Notes: generated by a model from the sequence alone, not told the origin. Numbered from the whole stretch's first letter, positions 1 to 12,451 are shown. The stretch is DNA of 61,263 bases, filler included, from Squatina squatina (GCA_031763465.1; 3 parts of 3 records of this genome joined end to end with filler, not necessarily neighbours in it); one strand, 5' to 3'. Numbers and translations: made by a program.

Positions 1-646
1 ATCTGTTGTTAGTTGAAACGTTAGTTAAGCAAGGAAGAGAAGACAATTGGAAAAAAGACAGTGACCATGGACAATGACTTTCCACAGGAATCCCCCATAG
101 GTGCAGCCTGAGTATTCCAGAGGAAAGCAAACCACACAAGGCCAAAGAAGAGAACTCATTGTTTTTATGCTCATATCAAAAGAGCGTTATACAACTTTGT
201 GTCCAACTTCATCTTTGAGGACACTGGGAAGTAGGAGTTAACTGCAGCATACAGTGTTGTACTGTGGTCCTGCTGTGATTGATTTGGCTAGGTTGGCCAT
301 CAATATAACTGGGATTTGGAGTGCGTGGGACAAAGGTGATCTAATGTAGGCATCTTTTAAACTTTTAAATTGTACAACTCTTCCAACCTACCAATGTGTT
401 CATGTTAGGATGGGGGATGGTGAGATTCATCTGATACTCTTAATGAAGGTAGACTACATCTTTGAATTTTTGATACAATATTGCTGACATATTGTGTGTG
501 AGTTAGTGTCTATCGATCCAACAATGTCTATGAGGATATTAGCTTGACAAGCAACAAGGATCTCACCAAAGGCTGGCAATAAGCCAGCTTCATGTTTCAA
601 AGTCTGTGTCATTAGACAACACACTCCGAGTAACTATCCTAAATAC

Positions 647-778
647 CTTGTCATAGGAGACGGTATCGAACATTTCCTTTATCTGAGTTGGATTTTCTGC
701 TGATGTGGATATGGGACGGGATGAATTCATTGAATCTCTTCCCATGGCTCCAAAACATGTGTTCAAAAAATAATCATC
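647..778 (-). CDS. ERAP2: ERAP2-like exon containing the catalytic Tyr (VSYDK)
   Basis: 132-nt phase-0 exon (cag...gtattt) after an 87-nt intron. It translates as [44 protein letters not shown], close to recalled human ERAP2 DDYFLNVCF...[27 protein letters not shown]. Confidence 0.87.
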
Positions 779-865
779 CTGTAAAGATCCAATATTAAAA
801 GAAAGAATTAAATAGAGTCAGATATCCTGCAATAAACTGATAAATAGTGAGAAAGGTTTACTTAC

Positions 866-979
866 AACTTGCAGCTCTGGATAGGTGGCATCAACAGAGA
901 TAAACTCCATGTACCTGGCAAAGCCTTCATTCAGCCAGATGTCATTCCACCACTCCATTGTCACCAAGTTACCAAACCA
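866..979 (-). CDS. ERAP2: ERAP2-like M1 aminopeptidase, internal exon carrying the third zinc ligand (NEGFA motif)
   Basis: 114-nt exon bounded by ttttag and gtaagt. It translates as [45 protein letters not shown] and ATYPELQ resemble ERAP2 more than ERAP1. Confidence 0.85.
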
Positions 980-1282
980 CTAAAAAAGTATCATAAGATA
1001 TTAATTAAGGTTCCAACGAGCATTTTTTTTTAAATGGTCAATTCTAATTGGATAATTATTGAAATGATGTACTGTGAATCTCAACTGGGCAGATGGATAT
1101 TAGTTAATATTTCAATGGCTGTGCTTCTAATTTCAAATGTGAAACACAAGGGTTCTTAGAAGGACTACATACCCATCTCTCTNNNNNNNNNNNNNNNNNN
1201 NNNNNNNNNNNNNNNNNNNNNNNNNNNNNNNNNNNNNNNNNNNNNNNNNNNNNNNNNNNNNNNNNNNNNNNNNNNNNNNNNN

Positions 1283-1491
1283 GTATTACTGAAAGAGGAT
1301 GGAACGACTGGATCGGAAAGTAACTTGCAGCTTTTGGAATACCCACCATATGAGCAACTTGCACTTCAGGCTGGTGCACCCTTGTACTCTGGAAACACGT
1401 ACTTGATTACTATTGACTACATTGCCAATCTGTCAGAAAGCTTCCACGGCTTTTACAAGAGCAGTTATAAAACACAAGGTGGTGAACTCAG
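1283..1491 (+). CDS. ERAP1: ERAP1 first coding exon, 3' part (5' end lost in gap)
   Basis: Translates as VLLKEDGTTGSESNLQLLEYPPYEQLALQAGAPLYSGNTYLITIDYIANLSESFHGFYKSSYKTQGGELR, ending at a donor ag/gtaaaa. Matches ERAP1 NLSETFHGFYKSTYRTKEGELR. Confidence 0.9.
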
Positions 1492-2224
1492 GTAAAATAT
1501 ATCCTATTCCAAGGAGAAAGAATATAAACAGACGTTGGACATTTGAAATGAAACAGAAGGTTGAGGCTTTTTCTCAGAGCCAGTCTGACAAAGGGTTTCA
1601 ACCATAGAAGTCAAGTTGTCTTCTGTTTGAGGGGCTGACAAACCTGCCGTGTATTCCAACAATCTCTGTTTTTATTTCCTATTTTAGTTTTTTCCCGTGT
1701 TGTTGATTTGATCATTTGTATACTGATTAAGTGGATTTAGGTTGTTTTACATAATTACATAGAAATTACAGCTCACCCAGTCCATCTTGTTGTTCAACCT
1801 CCTCATGAGCGCTTGTTCATGTAAATCAAGATTTTTCTTGCAAATGTTGCAGTGAGCCTTGCAGAATAATTATATTGGCAAAGAAAAAGATCCGTTTAAA
1901 GTAAACTAATAACTACGGGATTTGTATATTGTCTTAATAAATTTCCCTTTTAGTTTAAATTTAAAAATCTTTACTTGTGAACCTTCTAAATGGTGCACTT
2001 TGGACTTGAAGGTAGATTCAGATTTTGAGGGTGAATTTCCATGGGGGTTCATGCCATTTTTACAGGTTTTCCACAATTCTTGTGCCGAAGTAACAGCGAC
2101 AGAAGAACCATTGCGGAAATTCATCGTGCAGTATCAAATCTGGATACCAGCTATAGAGAGCCTGAGTGAAACAAAAATCTCTCCTCGTAATTTAACTCTT
2201 GGAGTCCAGGTATCATTCTGGTAA

Positions 2225-2508
2225 ACCCACACTGCACTCTCTTCAACCCCAGTATATCCATCCTAAGGTGTGATGCTCAGAACTGCTCACAGTATTCCAG
2301 GTGTTGTCTAACCAGGGCTTTGTACAGCTGGAGTTTAACTTCTATCCCCTTGTATTCTAGTCCTCTCAATATAAAGGCCAGCATTCCATTAGCCTTTTTG
2401 ACTATCCATTATCGTCTTCCTTTATTTTAGGCCAAGTCATTGAATATATTCAAGAAGGAGAAAGATAGATAGATTTCTAGATACTAAAGGCATCAAGGGA
2501 TATGGGGA
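2225..2508. mobile_element. CR1 LINE fragments
   Basis: Minus-strand C-terminal RT-region sequence (cagaactgctcacagtattccagg) and a plus-strand 3' fragment (attcaagaaggag...ggcatcaagggatatgggga). Confidence 0.7.
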
Positions 2509-3166
2509 NNNNNNNNNNNNNNNNNNNNNNNNNNNNNNNNNNNNNNNNNNNNNNNNNNNNNNNNNNNNNNNNNNNNNNNNNNNNNNNNNNNNNNNNNNNN
2601 NNNNNNNNAAAATGGTAACTACCTAGTAAAATGCTTTTTAAATACCTTTTAAACAATCTGTTAATGATTTGAGTTGGCTCCCCTGCCGTGTGGTGCTGGG
2701 TCTGTGAACCGCAGGCAGACCCAACACTTGGGAAACTGACATGGAGGTGGATTGAAAGCGGAATTCCGCCCCGCTGTTAATCATTGTCATTTTGACGGCG
2801 GACCCGGCTCCAAACTCACACTCGCAGCCCCGGTAAAACTCCGGCCGTTAATTTTGCTTCTCTCTCCACAGACCCTGCCTGGCCTGCTGAGTATTTCCAG
2901 CATTTTCTGTTTTTGTGTAAACTAGTTGTTTGACAGCTATTTCCTGATGACCTGTGAAAAAATAATTTTGGCTGAATTCTGTCTTTTGTTGAAATCAGTG
3001 ACAATGTTTGATTTCCTCCCCTTTTGCAAAAGCACCTTGGGATATTTTGCTATATTGAAAGTGCTATTTAAAAGCACACTATAGGTTGTGTTGTGCAATG
3101 TTGGCTCTGCAACTGTCCAGCCATGTGTCAGGAAACACTGAAGTAAGTTATTTTTCCCTCCGACAG

Positions 3167-3287
3167 ATCTCCGTGTATTCCGTCCCAGACAAGATCAATC
3201 AGACTTCATTTGCATTAGATGCAGCAGTGAACCTCCTAGATTTTTATGAAGACTATTTTAATATTCCATATCCAATGCCAAAACAAG
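3167..3287 (+). CDS. ERAP1: ERAP1 internal exon
   Basis: 121-nt exon (cag...gtaaag). Translates as ISVYSVPDKINQTSFALDAAVNLLDFYEDYFNIPYPMPKQ, versus ERAP1 [40 protein letters not shown]. Confidence 0.92.
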
Positions 3288-3462
3288 GTAAAGAACCAAC
3301 ATACTGACAATGTAATACATTTAATTTTGTTTTTCTATTATTTTTCCTTTGTAATTTTATTTTCTCTGTGCTATTTTAAGGCACTGGCTTATGGTCACAA
3401 AAAAAATATTTTTAAACTATAGCACGGTTGTTAAAACTGTTTATTTTAATTGATTAATTATT

Positions 3463-3970
3463 GGCCCCTAATTTGCAGCCCCTATGGGCGCGTATGAGGT
3501 GTGTACGCGCCTGGAAGGACCGCACAAGTTCGGGTTTTCAAGTGCAAAGTACACGAACGAAAACCCAGAACTTGCAATCCGTCAAGAATCTTCTTGACGG
3601 ATCCAATGCATCCCCGAGAAAAGGTCATCCGCGAGCGGAGAGTTTGGCTATTTGCCCAACTTCTGCCCAGCGAATGCCCACAAATTCCTACACCTGGTGA
3701 AAGCAGGCATAAGGCCTGCTTTTACCAGCGTAAGAGTTTGAAAAAAAGTATTTATTTTTTTTTAATCATTTAAATATTAAAAAAAACTGTACAGTAAGAT
3801 AAGGTTACTTTTAGCCCCTTTAAAACATTTAAGTTTATTTTTTTTTAAAGTTCAATTATTGTTTTAAGTATTCAATTAAATTACATTTTAGTTAATTTTG
3901 TGCGTGTATAAATGTGTAGATGTCTTTTTTGGGGTATTTCCATTCATGCTTACGGGGTTTCTGTACATAC
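3463..3970. mobile_element. Non-autonomous Harbinger-like DNA transposon end
   Basis: Begins ggcccctaatttgc in a TA-rich site, with a CpG-rich subterminal region. A similar terminus (ggccctgaaattgc) occurs at 16302. Confidence 0.5.
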
Positions 3971-4070
3971 NNNNNNNNNNNNNNNNNNNNNNNNNNNNNN
4001 NNNNNNNNNNNNNNNNNNNNNNNNNNNNNNNNNNNNNNNNNNNNNNNNNNNNNNNNNNNNNNNNNNNNNN

Positions 4071-4440
4071 ACAAGTCCCCCCAGCAAGACAATGGGGGTT
4101 AGATAAAGGGTGAGGAAGTAGTTGGGGGCGGGGGGGGGAGCGGGGGTTGGGAGAGAAAGAGAGGTGATGGAGCAAGGGAGACAACGGAAGAGGATGGGAA
4201 GACAGAGAGGAATAGCAATGGTGTAGCAGAGGGGCAATAGGGATGAGGAAGAGATGGGTGTCTTTTCTCAGTGGAAGGCAGGGAGCTATACTAGGGCGAG
4301 CCTCATTTTCATTTGGTGGGGAGGAGAGGAGTGATTTTCTTTTTGGGGGGGAGAGTGAATGGAATTGGAGTTAACTTGGATGAATAATTGGAAAGTAGGA
4401 GATAGGGATAAAGGAAATGCTCTGTGATTGGAGGAATGTG
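4071..4440 (+). repeat. Purine-rich (GA/GG) low-complexity tract
   Basis: Strongly G/A-biased sequence with G runs. Confidence 0.7.
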
Positions 4441-4925
4441 ACAAGTACATTCTGTTATCTCAGCTTTTCAGACTCACCAGGTATGATGAATATAACCATA
4501 TAAATGACTAATATGTATAAATCAACATTAATTTCTTTTTCTGTGGAAAAGATACAATATGGGTAGCAATCTTGGCTCAATCTGTACTGATTCCAATCCC
4601 TCCAATGAAAAGCTTTTGTGAACCTGATAACATTTTCTCAGAATCTTTTTTAAAAAAGTAAAGTTTTTGTCTGATAACTATTTGCAAAAATTTGCATTGT
4701 GATAGAATAACTAAACTTGGTGATTTACACAAGGAACCAGGAACTAATGGGACTTGGTAAAACTGGGCTAATGTTGCAACTTAATGTAAGTATGTTTACA
4801 CTGTATGTAGAATATGCTATTTCCATGCAAGATTCATTGAACAGCAATAGAAGCCAGCCAGCACTGTCTGACAATGAAGCATTGTTGCAATGTAATAGAT
4901 TAAGTGTATGAAGTTTGAATTGCAG

Positions 4926-5057
4926 GGAGCTTGCATTCTGAACATGCTGATGGACTACCTGACGGAAGATGTTTTTAAAACCGGCATTATTCGTTACTTA
5001 CGACGCCATAGCTATGCAAATGCAAAAAATGAGGATTTGTGGAACAGTCTGACTAAT
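4926..5057 (+). CDS. ERAP1: ERAP1 internal exon (GACILNML)
   Basis: 132-nt exon (tgcag...gtaagc). Translates as [44 protein letters not shown]. Assigned to ERAP1 by strand and order. Confidence 0.85.
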
Positions 5058-5371
5058 GTAAGCTGAAGTGTTTCCACATGTAAAAACATATTTGTTAATG
5101 TAGCTGCTGTAGGGTGATTATCCCTACAAACTATAGTTTAGTACTATTCTCCAGCTTTGCAATCTCTGAGTAAAATTAATGAGGCATTTGCATTCATGAT
5201 CATTCCTGTATACCATTTCTTTTCATGAATCAAGGATGGTAAATATTTTATTTATAAATATCATTTATTTCTTATACTACTCAGTGTTCCTTCACTAAGT
5301 GGCCTGCTGTATGTCTGCCAATGTAACTAGCGCTATTAGTCACATGACATAATCATGAAAGAAAAAAAAAT

Positions 5372-5680
5372 TGCATTTCTATATCACATTTCACGACCTC
5401 GGGACATCCCAGTGAAGTAGTTTTGGAGTGTAGTCACTGTTGTGATGCAGGAAGCGCGGCAGCCAATTTGTGCACAACAGGATCCCACAAACAGCAATGT
5501 GATAATGACCAGATAATCTGTTTTTAACTATATTGATTGAGGGATAAATATTGGCCAGGACACCATGGATAGCTCCCCTGCTCTTCAAAATAATGCCATG
5601 GGATCCTTCACATTCACCTAAGAGAGTAGGCAGGGCCTCGGTTTAATGTCTCATCTGAGAGACGGCACCTCCAACAGTGC
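5372..5680 (-). mobile_element. tRNA-derived Deu-domain SINE (SacSINE1-like)
   Basis: Core gagggataaatattggccaggacacc...aatgccatgggatc, shared with copies at 16022, 33260 and 34540. Confidence 0.8.
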
Positions 5681-6419
5681 NNNNNNNNNNNNNNNNNNNN
5701 NNNNNNNNNNNNNNNNNNNNNNNNNNNNNNNNNNNNNNNNNNNNNNNNNNNNNNNNNNNNNNNNNNNNNNNNNNNNNNNNGGCCTCTTCAGGGGGGGGAA
5801 AAAAAAACCTCAGCTTGTAAAGTTTCTCTTGTAAAGATTGTGTGAGCGATGTTGCTTTTGTATTTAATAAAAAGCTTTCCATGTACAGTTGTGTGGGAAT
5901 CTTGAGCAATACTTCTAATAGGGTGATTTGACTTAAATTACCATAATGTAACAAATGAATTTGACTCCGAGCCCCAACAATCTGTCTGCAGAAAGGGCCT
6001 CTACTTCATTCCTCTGTGCCCCCACCTGAACTAATTCTGAGCTTGACTCTATGCCGAGCTCCTCTTCCGCCATCTTCACCCCTGTGCCTACCTTTTTTGG
6101 TCAGGAGATCCTATTTCCCCCTCCCACAACACCACCCCCACCCCCCCATCCAGTCCCTGCCCATCTATATCCACAACATCTGCTGATGCCCTCTGCTAAT
6201 TTAATGAATAGAATGAAAATCGGGCTGGTCCTATAATGGTGAGCAATCCACTCCGCCAGATGGAGTCCATGTGGTGAAGATGAAACTTGACCCTATTAAC
6301 TCATCTGTTCATTCCACAGAAGCTGCCTGACCTCTGTTGTTTGCAGCACTTTCTCCTTTTGTTTGATATGCAGTAGAAGTTAAGGTTCTTAAACGGTCAT
6401 CTATCTCTTTGTATGACAG

Positions 6420-6581
6420 CTTACCCACTGATGTTGCATTAGCAATCTTTGCTGTTGGAGCCCAGACAACGGAAGGATGGGACTTCCTATTTGAGAAGTA
6501 CAGACGCTCGCTCTTCAGTTCTGAGAAGAGCAACATTAAGGCTGCCCTATTAACCAGCAAAAATACAGAGAAACTTCAGTG
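6420..6581 (+). CDS. ERAP1: ERAP1 C-terminal domain exon
   Basis: 162-nt exon (cag...gtaaac). Translates as LPTDVALAIFAVGAQTTEGWDFLFEKYRRSLFSSEKSNIKAALLTSKNTEKLQW. Confidence 0.9.
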
Positions 6582-7756
6582 GTAAACTATATTAAGCATT
6601 CCAAATCAAAATATTGTTATTTTCTTAAATGGTGGAAATTTAAGCTTGCCTTTATGTACAATAGGCCTTCTCTAAAGTAGCACGGCATAGTGAAAATCAT
6701 AAATTCTCTGGACAAGCATTGTTATTGCAGACTGTACTTTATATGGTAATTAGAATGATTCTGTAAAATCTTCTTCTGTACACTGGTGTGCGTCTGTTTG
6801 TGGTTTGTTTTGTCTTATGCCTGCAACTGTGTTTTTACTGTCACCCCTATTGTCACTTCATTTTTACCTTTTCCACTTTTTAAATTAATTTTCAAATGTT
6901 TTAGCTGTTNNNNNNNNNNNNNNNNNNNNNNNNNNNNNNNNNNNNNNNNNNNNNNNNNNNNNNNNNNNNNNNNNNNNNNNNNNNNNNNNNNNNNNNNNNN
7001 NNNNNNNNNTGTTTGATAAAGCTCCTGTGAAGACCCTTGGGACGCACTACTGCGTTAAAGGCACTATATAAATACAAGTTGTTGTCGGTTCAATCCAACA
7101 ATTACATCCCGTATGTCCTACAGCAGTAAAATCAAGAAGTTTGTGAATAAACCCTTTCCTACTTGGGCTGCAGGAGCTTGTGCCATTTTGGTTGGGTGGG
7201 GTTTTTTTTTAAAAAAAAGGATTACCTCTGCCAACAGATAGATATGAGGTCTTGAATAATGCTGATCTTGCTTCATTTTCGTGGGAGTGGGTTTCAAGCG
7301 TATGTGGAAATTAGATACGAAAGCACCGTAGGTGTCAACCAAGACTGCAGTAAATCATATGTTGTCTACAACACATTCATCCAAGGAGCTCATGCTGTTA
7401 AGGAGCACTAAACCCAGTGCTGATGTCGAACAGTCCTTTCAATGCATTTCTTGCATTGATTTTTACTGACTTGTCTATAGTGTGTTGAGAGCATTCCCTA
7501 CAGATTATTCTCAACCCCTGAACTTTTTTCTTTTTAAGAATCTGGTTCTGACAACTAGTTATTCTTTTATGAGACCTGTCCTACATTATTTGTTTCATCA
7601 CATGGATTTTACAGTTATCAGGCGTTGTATATCGCACTTTTAGAAGAGAAAACATTTGCAAACTAGACCTAACATAATATAGAGCGCTCTGACCAGAAGG
7701 GCCGAGAAAGGATGTTCTCTTTAAAAGAGAAAAATCTCAATTAATCTGTTTTCTAG

Positions 7757-7909
7757 GTCCGAAGATTTTTTGAATCTTTGAAGGATAATGGTTCACAGCT
7801 CCGGTGTGTTCAACAGGCAATTGAAACAATTGAGGAAAACATCCGATGGATGGACAAGAATTTTGTTAAGATCAGTACATGGTTGGAGAATTTAAAGACT
7901 CTGGATTAA
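7757..7909 (+). CDS. ERAP1: ERAP1 last coding exon with stop
   Basis: Acceptor ttttctag, then VRRFFESLKDNGSQLRCVQQAIETIEENIRWMDKNFVKISTWLENLKTLD*. Matches ERAP1 GSQLRCVQQTIETIEENIGWMDKNF. Confidence 0.93.
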   Translation, partial: VRRFFESLKDNGSQLRCVQQAIETIEENIRWMDKNFVKISTWLENLKTLD

Positions 7910-7976
7910 TTCAATAACCATCGTTTTGCATTCTTTCTACACTCCTCGACTTCCTTAAAGCAACACTGTTCCTTCC

Positions 7977-7982
7977 AATAAA
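7977..7982 (+). promoter_or_regulatory. Candidate proximal polyadenylation signal of ERAP1
   Basis: AATAAA about 70 nt after the ERAP1 stop codon. Confidence 0.4.
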
Positions 7983-8774
7983 ATTTTTGTAAAAGTCTGC
8001 AAACATACCATCTTAAAGTTATATCATCATCCAGGTAAAATGATATTTACCAGGTTTGAAAATCAATGTGCAGTGATGCAATTGGTGATGCAGTAACATC
8101 ATCATCACTTATCATAACTGGACTAAAAGAAAAATGATTAAAAAGTGCTAGGTGAAGCCCATTTTGCAGCACCATAACATGTATTGCATCTGCTGCAGGG
8201 TAAATATTCTGGCAGGCAGCACAAGAGTTGTGAATTTTTAAAGTGCTCTTTTTTTTTGTTTTTGTTGCAGGCACTGAAAAAACGTGGTCCACTAAAATTC
8301 CACAGTAAAACACACTGGGCCTTTTGAAAGTTTTTTCCTAGATTCTGGAATAACTTTAATTTAAACTTCCACAGTGTAACTTTCACAGCTGACTGCATTC
8401 TTAAGAGCAAAATGATTGGGCTTGAAATGACTGCCCCTGCCTTAAATCAAAGAAATATTTTAACAGCATTTATCCTTGAAGAGCACGGCCTCTTAAAACC
8501 GTTCCTCATCCCTTCTATTGGCAACTCCTCCAACAAGACAATTGTGATTGGTGATTCTTAGTACCTTAGTTAAGAACCTTGAAAGGATAATGATTCACAG
8601 CTGCTTTGTCTATGCAAATAATTACATATATTTTGGGCTGTTTTGAAACCTTTTTGGCACCTGTTACTGGAACAATGACAGCATTTTTTGCCAATGTTAT
8701 ATACCTACTTACCACTGGTTAGCCCGAAATCTCTTCGAAAGGTGGTAGATAAGAGGACGAGGTGCCGTGGACTA

Positions 8775-9113
8775 GATTTTAGTGCTGGTTCAAATACAGC
8801 CTAGACTGATGAAATAAAAGTTTCCCCTGTTGCAAAAACCTTGTTTAAAGTGAGTTTCAGCAGTGTCAGTCCAGTTCCTACCACAGCAAAAAAATGGTAT
8901 TAAATGGCAATCTCGTTCAGAGAGTGTGCAGGATAATTGGCTTGGGGAATAGAAAAATCTATTAGGGATGCTGTCCTGAGGTTGAACCATATTGTTAGGG
9001 CAGCGAGCTTTACTGTTCGAAAGCTGTCCTGGAATAGTTGATATTGGGAGTTTGACATGTAATGTGCCTAACTCCCAGCATTAATAACTCGCCTTGATGA
9101 GGGCAAAAAAAAA
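8775..9113 (+). mobile_element. LF-SINE-like ancient SINE
   Basis: B-box-like ggttcaaat, then tcagtccagttccta and gaggttgaaccatattgttagggcag resembling the recalled LF-SINE consensus, and an A-tail. Confidence 0.5.
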
Positions 9114-9391
9114 TTAAGTGTAAGATTGGAAACAATGCAAAATATGATCTTATTGCAAAACAGTTTTTGTGACTGATAAATAAGTTAACATATCCAGTGC
9201 TTTACACAAATATTGTTTTTTTCAAATAATAAAGACTCTGCATGCCCTTTCCAACCTTTAAATGGAGAGAAATCCGATAAAGCACTTCCCTTTAATGCAT
9301 TAAAAATAATTAAACAAATGCTGGAGTGACTGGCTTCCAACTTTCACTCTGTGCTAGTATACATCCCAAACATTGCCTGCTACACTGGAAA

Positions 9392-9573
9392 GCCCTGATG
9401 TTCTGCAGAGGTTCTGGCAGTCTCCTGCCATAACTCTGGGGAGTTGTGGGGTGGTGAGGGGCACGACCATCGAAACCCCCCCAGGGAAATGGTGTAAACC
9501 TCTCTATTTTGCAGTTTCTTAGACAGGGATTCTGCCAATCTCACGCTGAGAACCCCTGCAGAGCTTTAAGAGC
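9392..9573. mobile_element. Small palindromic MITE
   Basis: Inverted arms tctgcagaggttct and agaacccctgcaga. Confidence 0.5.
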
Positions 9574-9797
9574 TTGGCCCAGTCTTCCTCGTTTGTTCCG
9601 TCCCTTGCAGGATTCTGTTGAGTTCATTGTCCACCTCGTGTCCTTGCCAGTTTCTCCCCCACTCCACCACCATGGAAAATTGACCACTGGTACATAAAAG
9701 ACAAAGAATAGCTTCGTATGGTATCTTCTGAACATTGATAGATCAGGGACATGGTTCAGTACAACCTAGATAAAATTTTAAGGATTATTGTGTTATA

Positions 9798-10657
9798 AAC
9801 AACAACAAGAACTTGCATTTATATAGCACCTTTAACATAGAAAAATGTCTGATGGTGCTCCACAGCAGCATAATAGTACAAAAAATATTGACAAAGNNNN
9901 NNNNNNNNNNNNNNNNNNNNNNNNNNNNNNNNNNNNNNNNNNNNNNNNNNNNNNNNNNNNNNNNNNNNNNNNNNNNNNNNNNNNNNNNNNNNNNNNTCCA
10001 AGGTGCTTCAAATGAGTGTTATCAAACAAAATTTGACACCGAGCCACATGAGATATCAGGACAGGTGACCAAAAGCTTGGTCAAAGATGTAGCTTGTAAG
10101 GTTTGCCTTAGAGGAGATATTTAGGGAGGGAATTACAGAGCTCTGGGCTCAGGCAGCTGAAGGCACGCCCACCAATGGTGGAGTGATTAAAATCGGGGAT
10201 GTGAAAGAGGCCAGAATTGGAGGAACGCAGAGATCTCTGAGGGTTGTAGGGCTGGAGGAGATTAAAGAGATCAGGAGGGGTGAGGCCACTGAGGGATTTG
10301 AAAACAAGGACGAGACTTTTAAAACAAGGCATTTTTGAACCGGAAACCGATGTAGGTCAGCGAGCACAGGGTTGATGGGTGAACGGGGCTTAGTGCGAGT
10401 TAGGATCTGGGCAGCAGAGTTTTGGATGAGCTAAAGTTTATGTCAGGTGGAAGATGGGAGGCTGGCCAGGAGAGCAACAGAATAGTTGAGCCTAGGAGGT
10501 AGCAAAGGCATGGATGAGGGTTTCAGCAGCTGGTGAGCTGAGGCAGGTGTGGAGTCATGTGATGTTGGAGCGAATATGTGGTCGGAAGCTCATCGCAGGT
10601 TGTACACCGTCTGGTTCAGCTTTAGACAGTTCCCAGGGAGAGGGATGGAGTCGGTGT
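9798..10657 (-). mobile_element. L2 LINE 3' fragment
   Basis: Minus-strand LADLHRFPV...FKSLVLVFKSLSGLTPP...LRSS...GGRAFS (L2 ORF2 C-terminus) and a (TTG)n tail. Confidence 0.85.
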
Positions 10658-11116
10658 TGATTACACTGCATAGTCTAAGGCACTTTCTGACTCAGACTGA
10701 AAACACAAGAACTGTACATCCTAATGCACTGCAGCAATTACCACACAATATCAAAAATGTAACATTTTTTGTGGCGTAAAATATTTTAGCAGTAAACATT
10801 TCCTACAAATATAGCATCCTTCCCACTTAGAAAAAAGATTTCAGTTTTTAAATATATAAATCCAGTTTGAGAACCTCCAGAAAGCCTGTAATGTTTCAGT
10901 GATGTAAAGCTAGAGTCAGTAAGTTGAGTTAGAATTTCTATTATGCTCAATGTTGAGTGTTCAATACATTACGTTCCCATAAATTCTGTTACAGCAGCTC
11001 TTTATAAAATTGAAAGNNNNNNNNNNNNNNNNNNNNNNNNNNNNNNNNNNNNNNNNNNNNNNNNNNNNNNNNNNNNNNNNNNNNNNNNNNNNNNNNNNNN
11101 NNNNNNNNNNNNNNNN

Positions 11117-11740
11117 TCTGGGATGCAGACCATCAGGCCCTGGGGATTTATCTGCCTTCAATCACATCAATTTACCTAACACCATTTCCTGACGAATGAG
11201 CTGCATCGGAGTGTCAGCCGAGATTCTTTCTGCTCAAGTCCCTTGAGTGGAACTTGAACCCACAACCTTCTGACTCAGAGGCAAGGGTGCTACCCACTCA
11301 GCCATGGCTAACACACTAGTGCGTTGATGTAGTCTATATTGTTTTTAGCATGGCGTTTGATAGGATCCCACATGGTAGGCTGGTCATGAAAGTAAAATCT
11401 CATGGGATCCAAGGCAAAGTGACAAGTTCCCTTAGCAGAGGGGTCAATAACCAGGGGGCATAGTTTAAAAGTAAGTGGTAGGAGGTTTAAAGGAAATTTG
11501 AGGAGAATTCTTTTCACCCAGAGGGTGGTGGGCGTCTGCAACTCACTGCCTGAAAGCGTGGTAGAGGCAGAAACCCTCAGAGCATTTACAACGTACTTGC
11601 ATATGCACTTGAAGTGCTGTAACGTACAGGGCTACGGACCAAGAGCTGGAAAGTGGGATTAGGCTGGATAGCTCTTTGTCGGCCAGCACGGACACAATGA
11701 GCCGAATGGCCTCCTTCTGTCCTGTAACTTTCTATGATTT
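11117..11740. mobile_element. Nested repeats: CR1 fragment (-), SINE head (-), CR1 3' end (+)
   Basis: KSPGPDGLHPR motif; a SINE head at 11195-11312; a CR1 3' UTR ending in ccgaatggcctccttctgtcctgtaactttctatgatt. Confidence 0.8.
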
Positions 11741-11918
11741 TTAATAGCCTGTGATATCAGCATCATTTCTACTATCGCAACAAAATTATCTAAGTGTGGT
11801 TCCTTACGTTAGAAAGTTGTGAAAAAAATTCTCAATGTTCTGCACATTCACATATTTTGAAAATACAAAATTATTGAAACAATTATTGACTTGGCTCAAA
11901 GTGATTGTTGGACCGAAC

Positions 11919-11992
11919 CTTAGGATCAGGTTGCTTTGGAAATCTGTAATCAGGTGGTATCGATCCTTCAGTTTCTCCCACTCGTTCAGCTG
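11919..11992 (-). CDS. CAST: Calpastatin inhibitory subdomain B exon, copy 1 (5' end in gap)
   Basis: Translates as AERVGETEGSIPPDYRFPKQPDPK followed by donor gttcgg. Fits the calpastatin LGxxxxTIPPxYR motif. It lies tail-to-tail with ERAP1, as CAST does in human. Confidence 0.82.
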
Positions 11993-12092
11993 NNNNNNNN
12001 NNNNNNNNNNNNNNNNNNNNNNNNNNNNNNNNNNNNNNNNNNNNNNNNNNNNNNNNNNNNNNNNNNNNNNNNNNNNNNNNNNNNNNNNNNNN

Positions 12093-12390
12093 ATCCGCCT
12101 GCGCCTACTACTCTGCCTGGTGGTCACTCATCCCTTTTCTGCCTGTGCAGCCTTTACCTGCGGTGCGACCACCTCGCTAAACGTGCATTCCACAATGTCC
12201 TCAGCATTGCAGATGCTCTACAGTGAATCCATCCGCAGTTCTAGATCCGCAATGCAGTCTGCCAGTAGCTGCAGCTAGATACACTTCCTGCAGACATGGT
12301 CGCCAGGGAAACTGGAAGTGTCCCTGATTTCCCACATGATGCAGGAGGAGCATGCCATGGGGCCAAGCTCTCCTGCCATGATTTACCTTA
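12093..12390 (-). mobile_element. CR1 ORF1 N-terminal fragment (degenerate)
   Basis: Translates as CSSCIMWEIRDTSSFPGDHVCRKCI*LQLL...LELRMDSL, the zinc-finger/leucine-zipper start of CR1 ORF1. Confidence 0.7.
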
Positions 12391-12451
12391 GATATAGTTC
12401 TCCTATAGTGCTCAAAATTCTCCTTCAAGAAGAAAATCATTTGAGCTTTAC

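Noticed and set aside
10661-10696. Minus-strand acceptor followed by SESESALDYAV*, a possible CAST exon
   Set aside because: Too short, only vaguely similar to calpastatin subdomains A/C, and abutting an L2 insertion.
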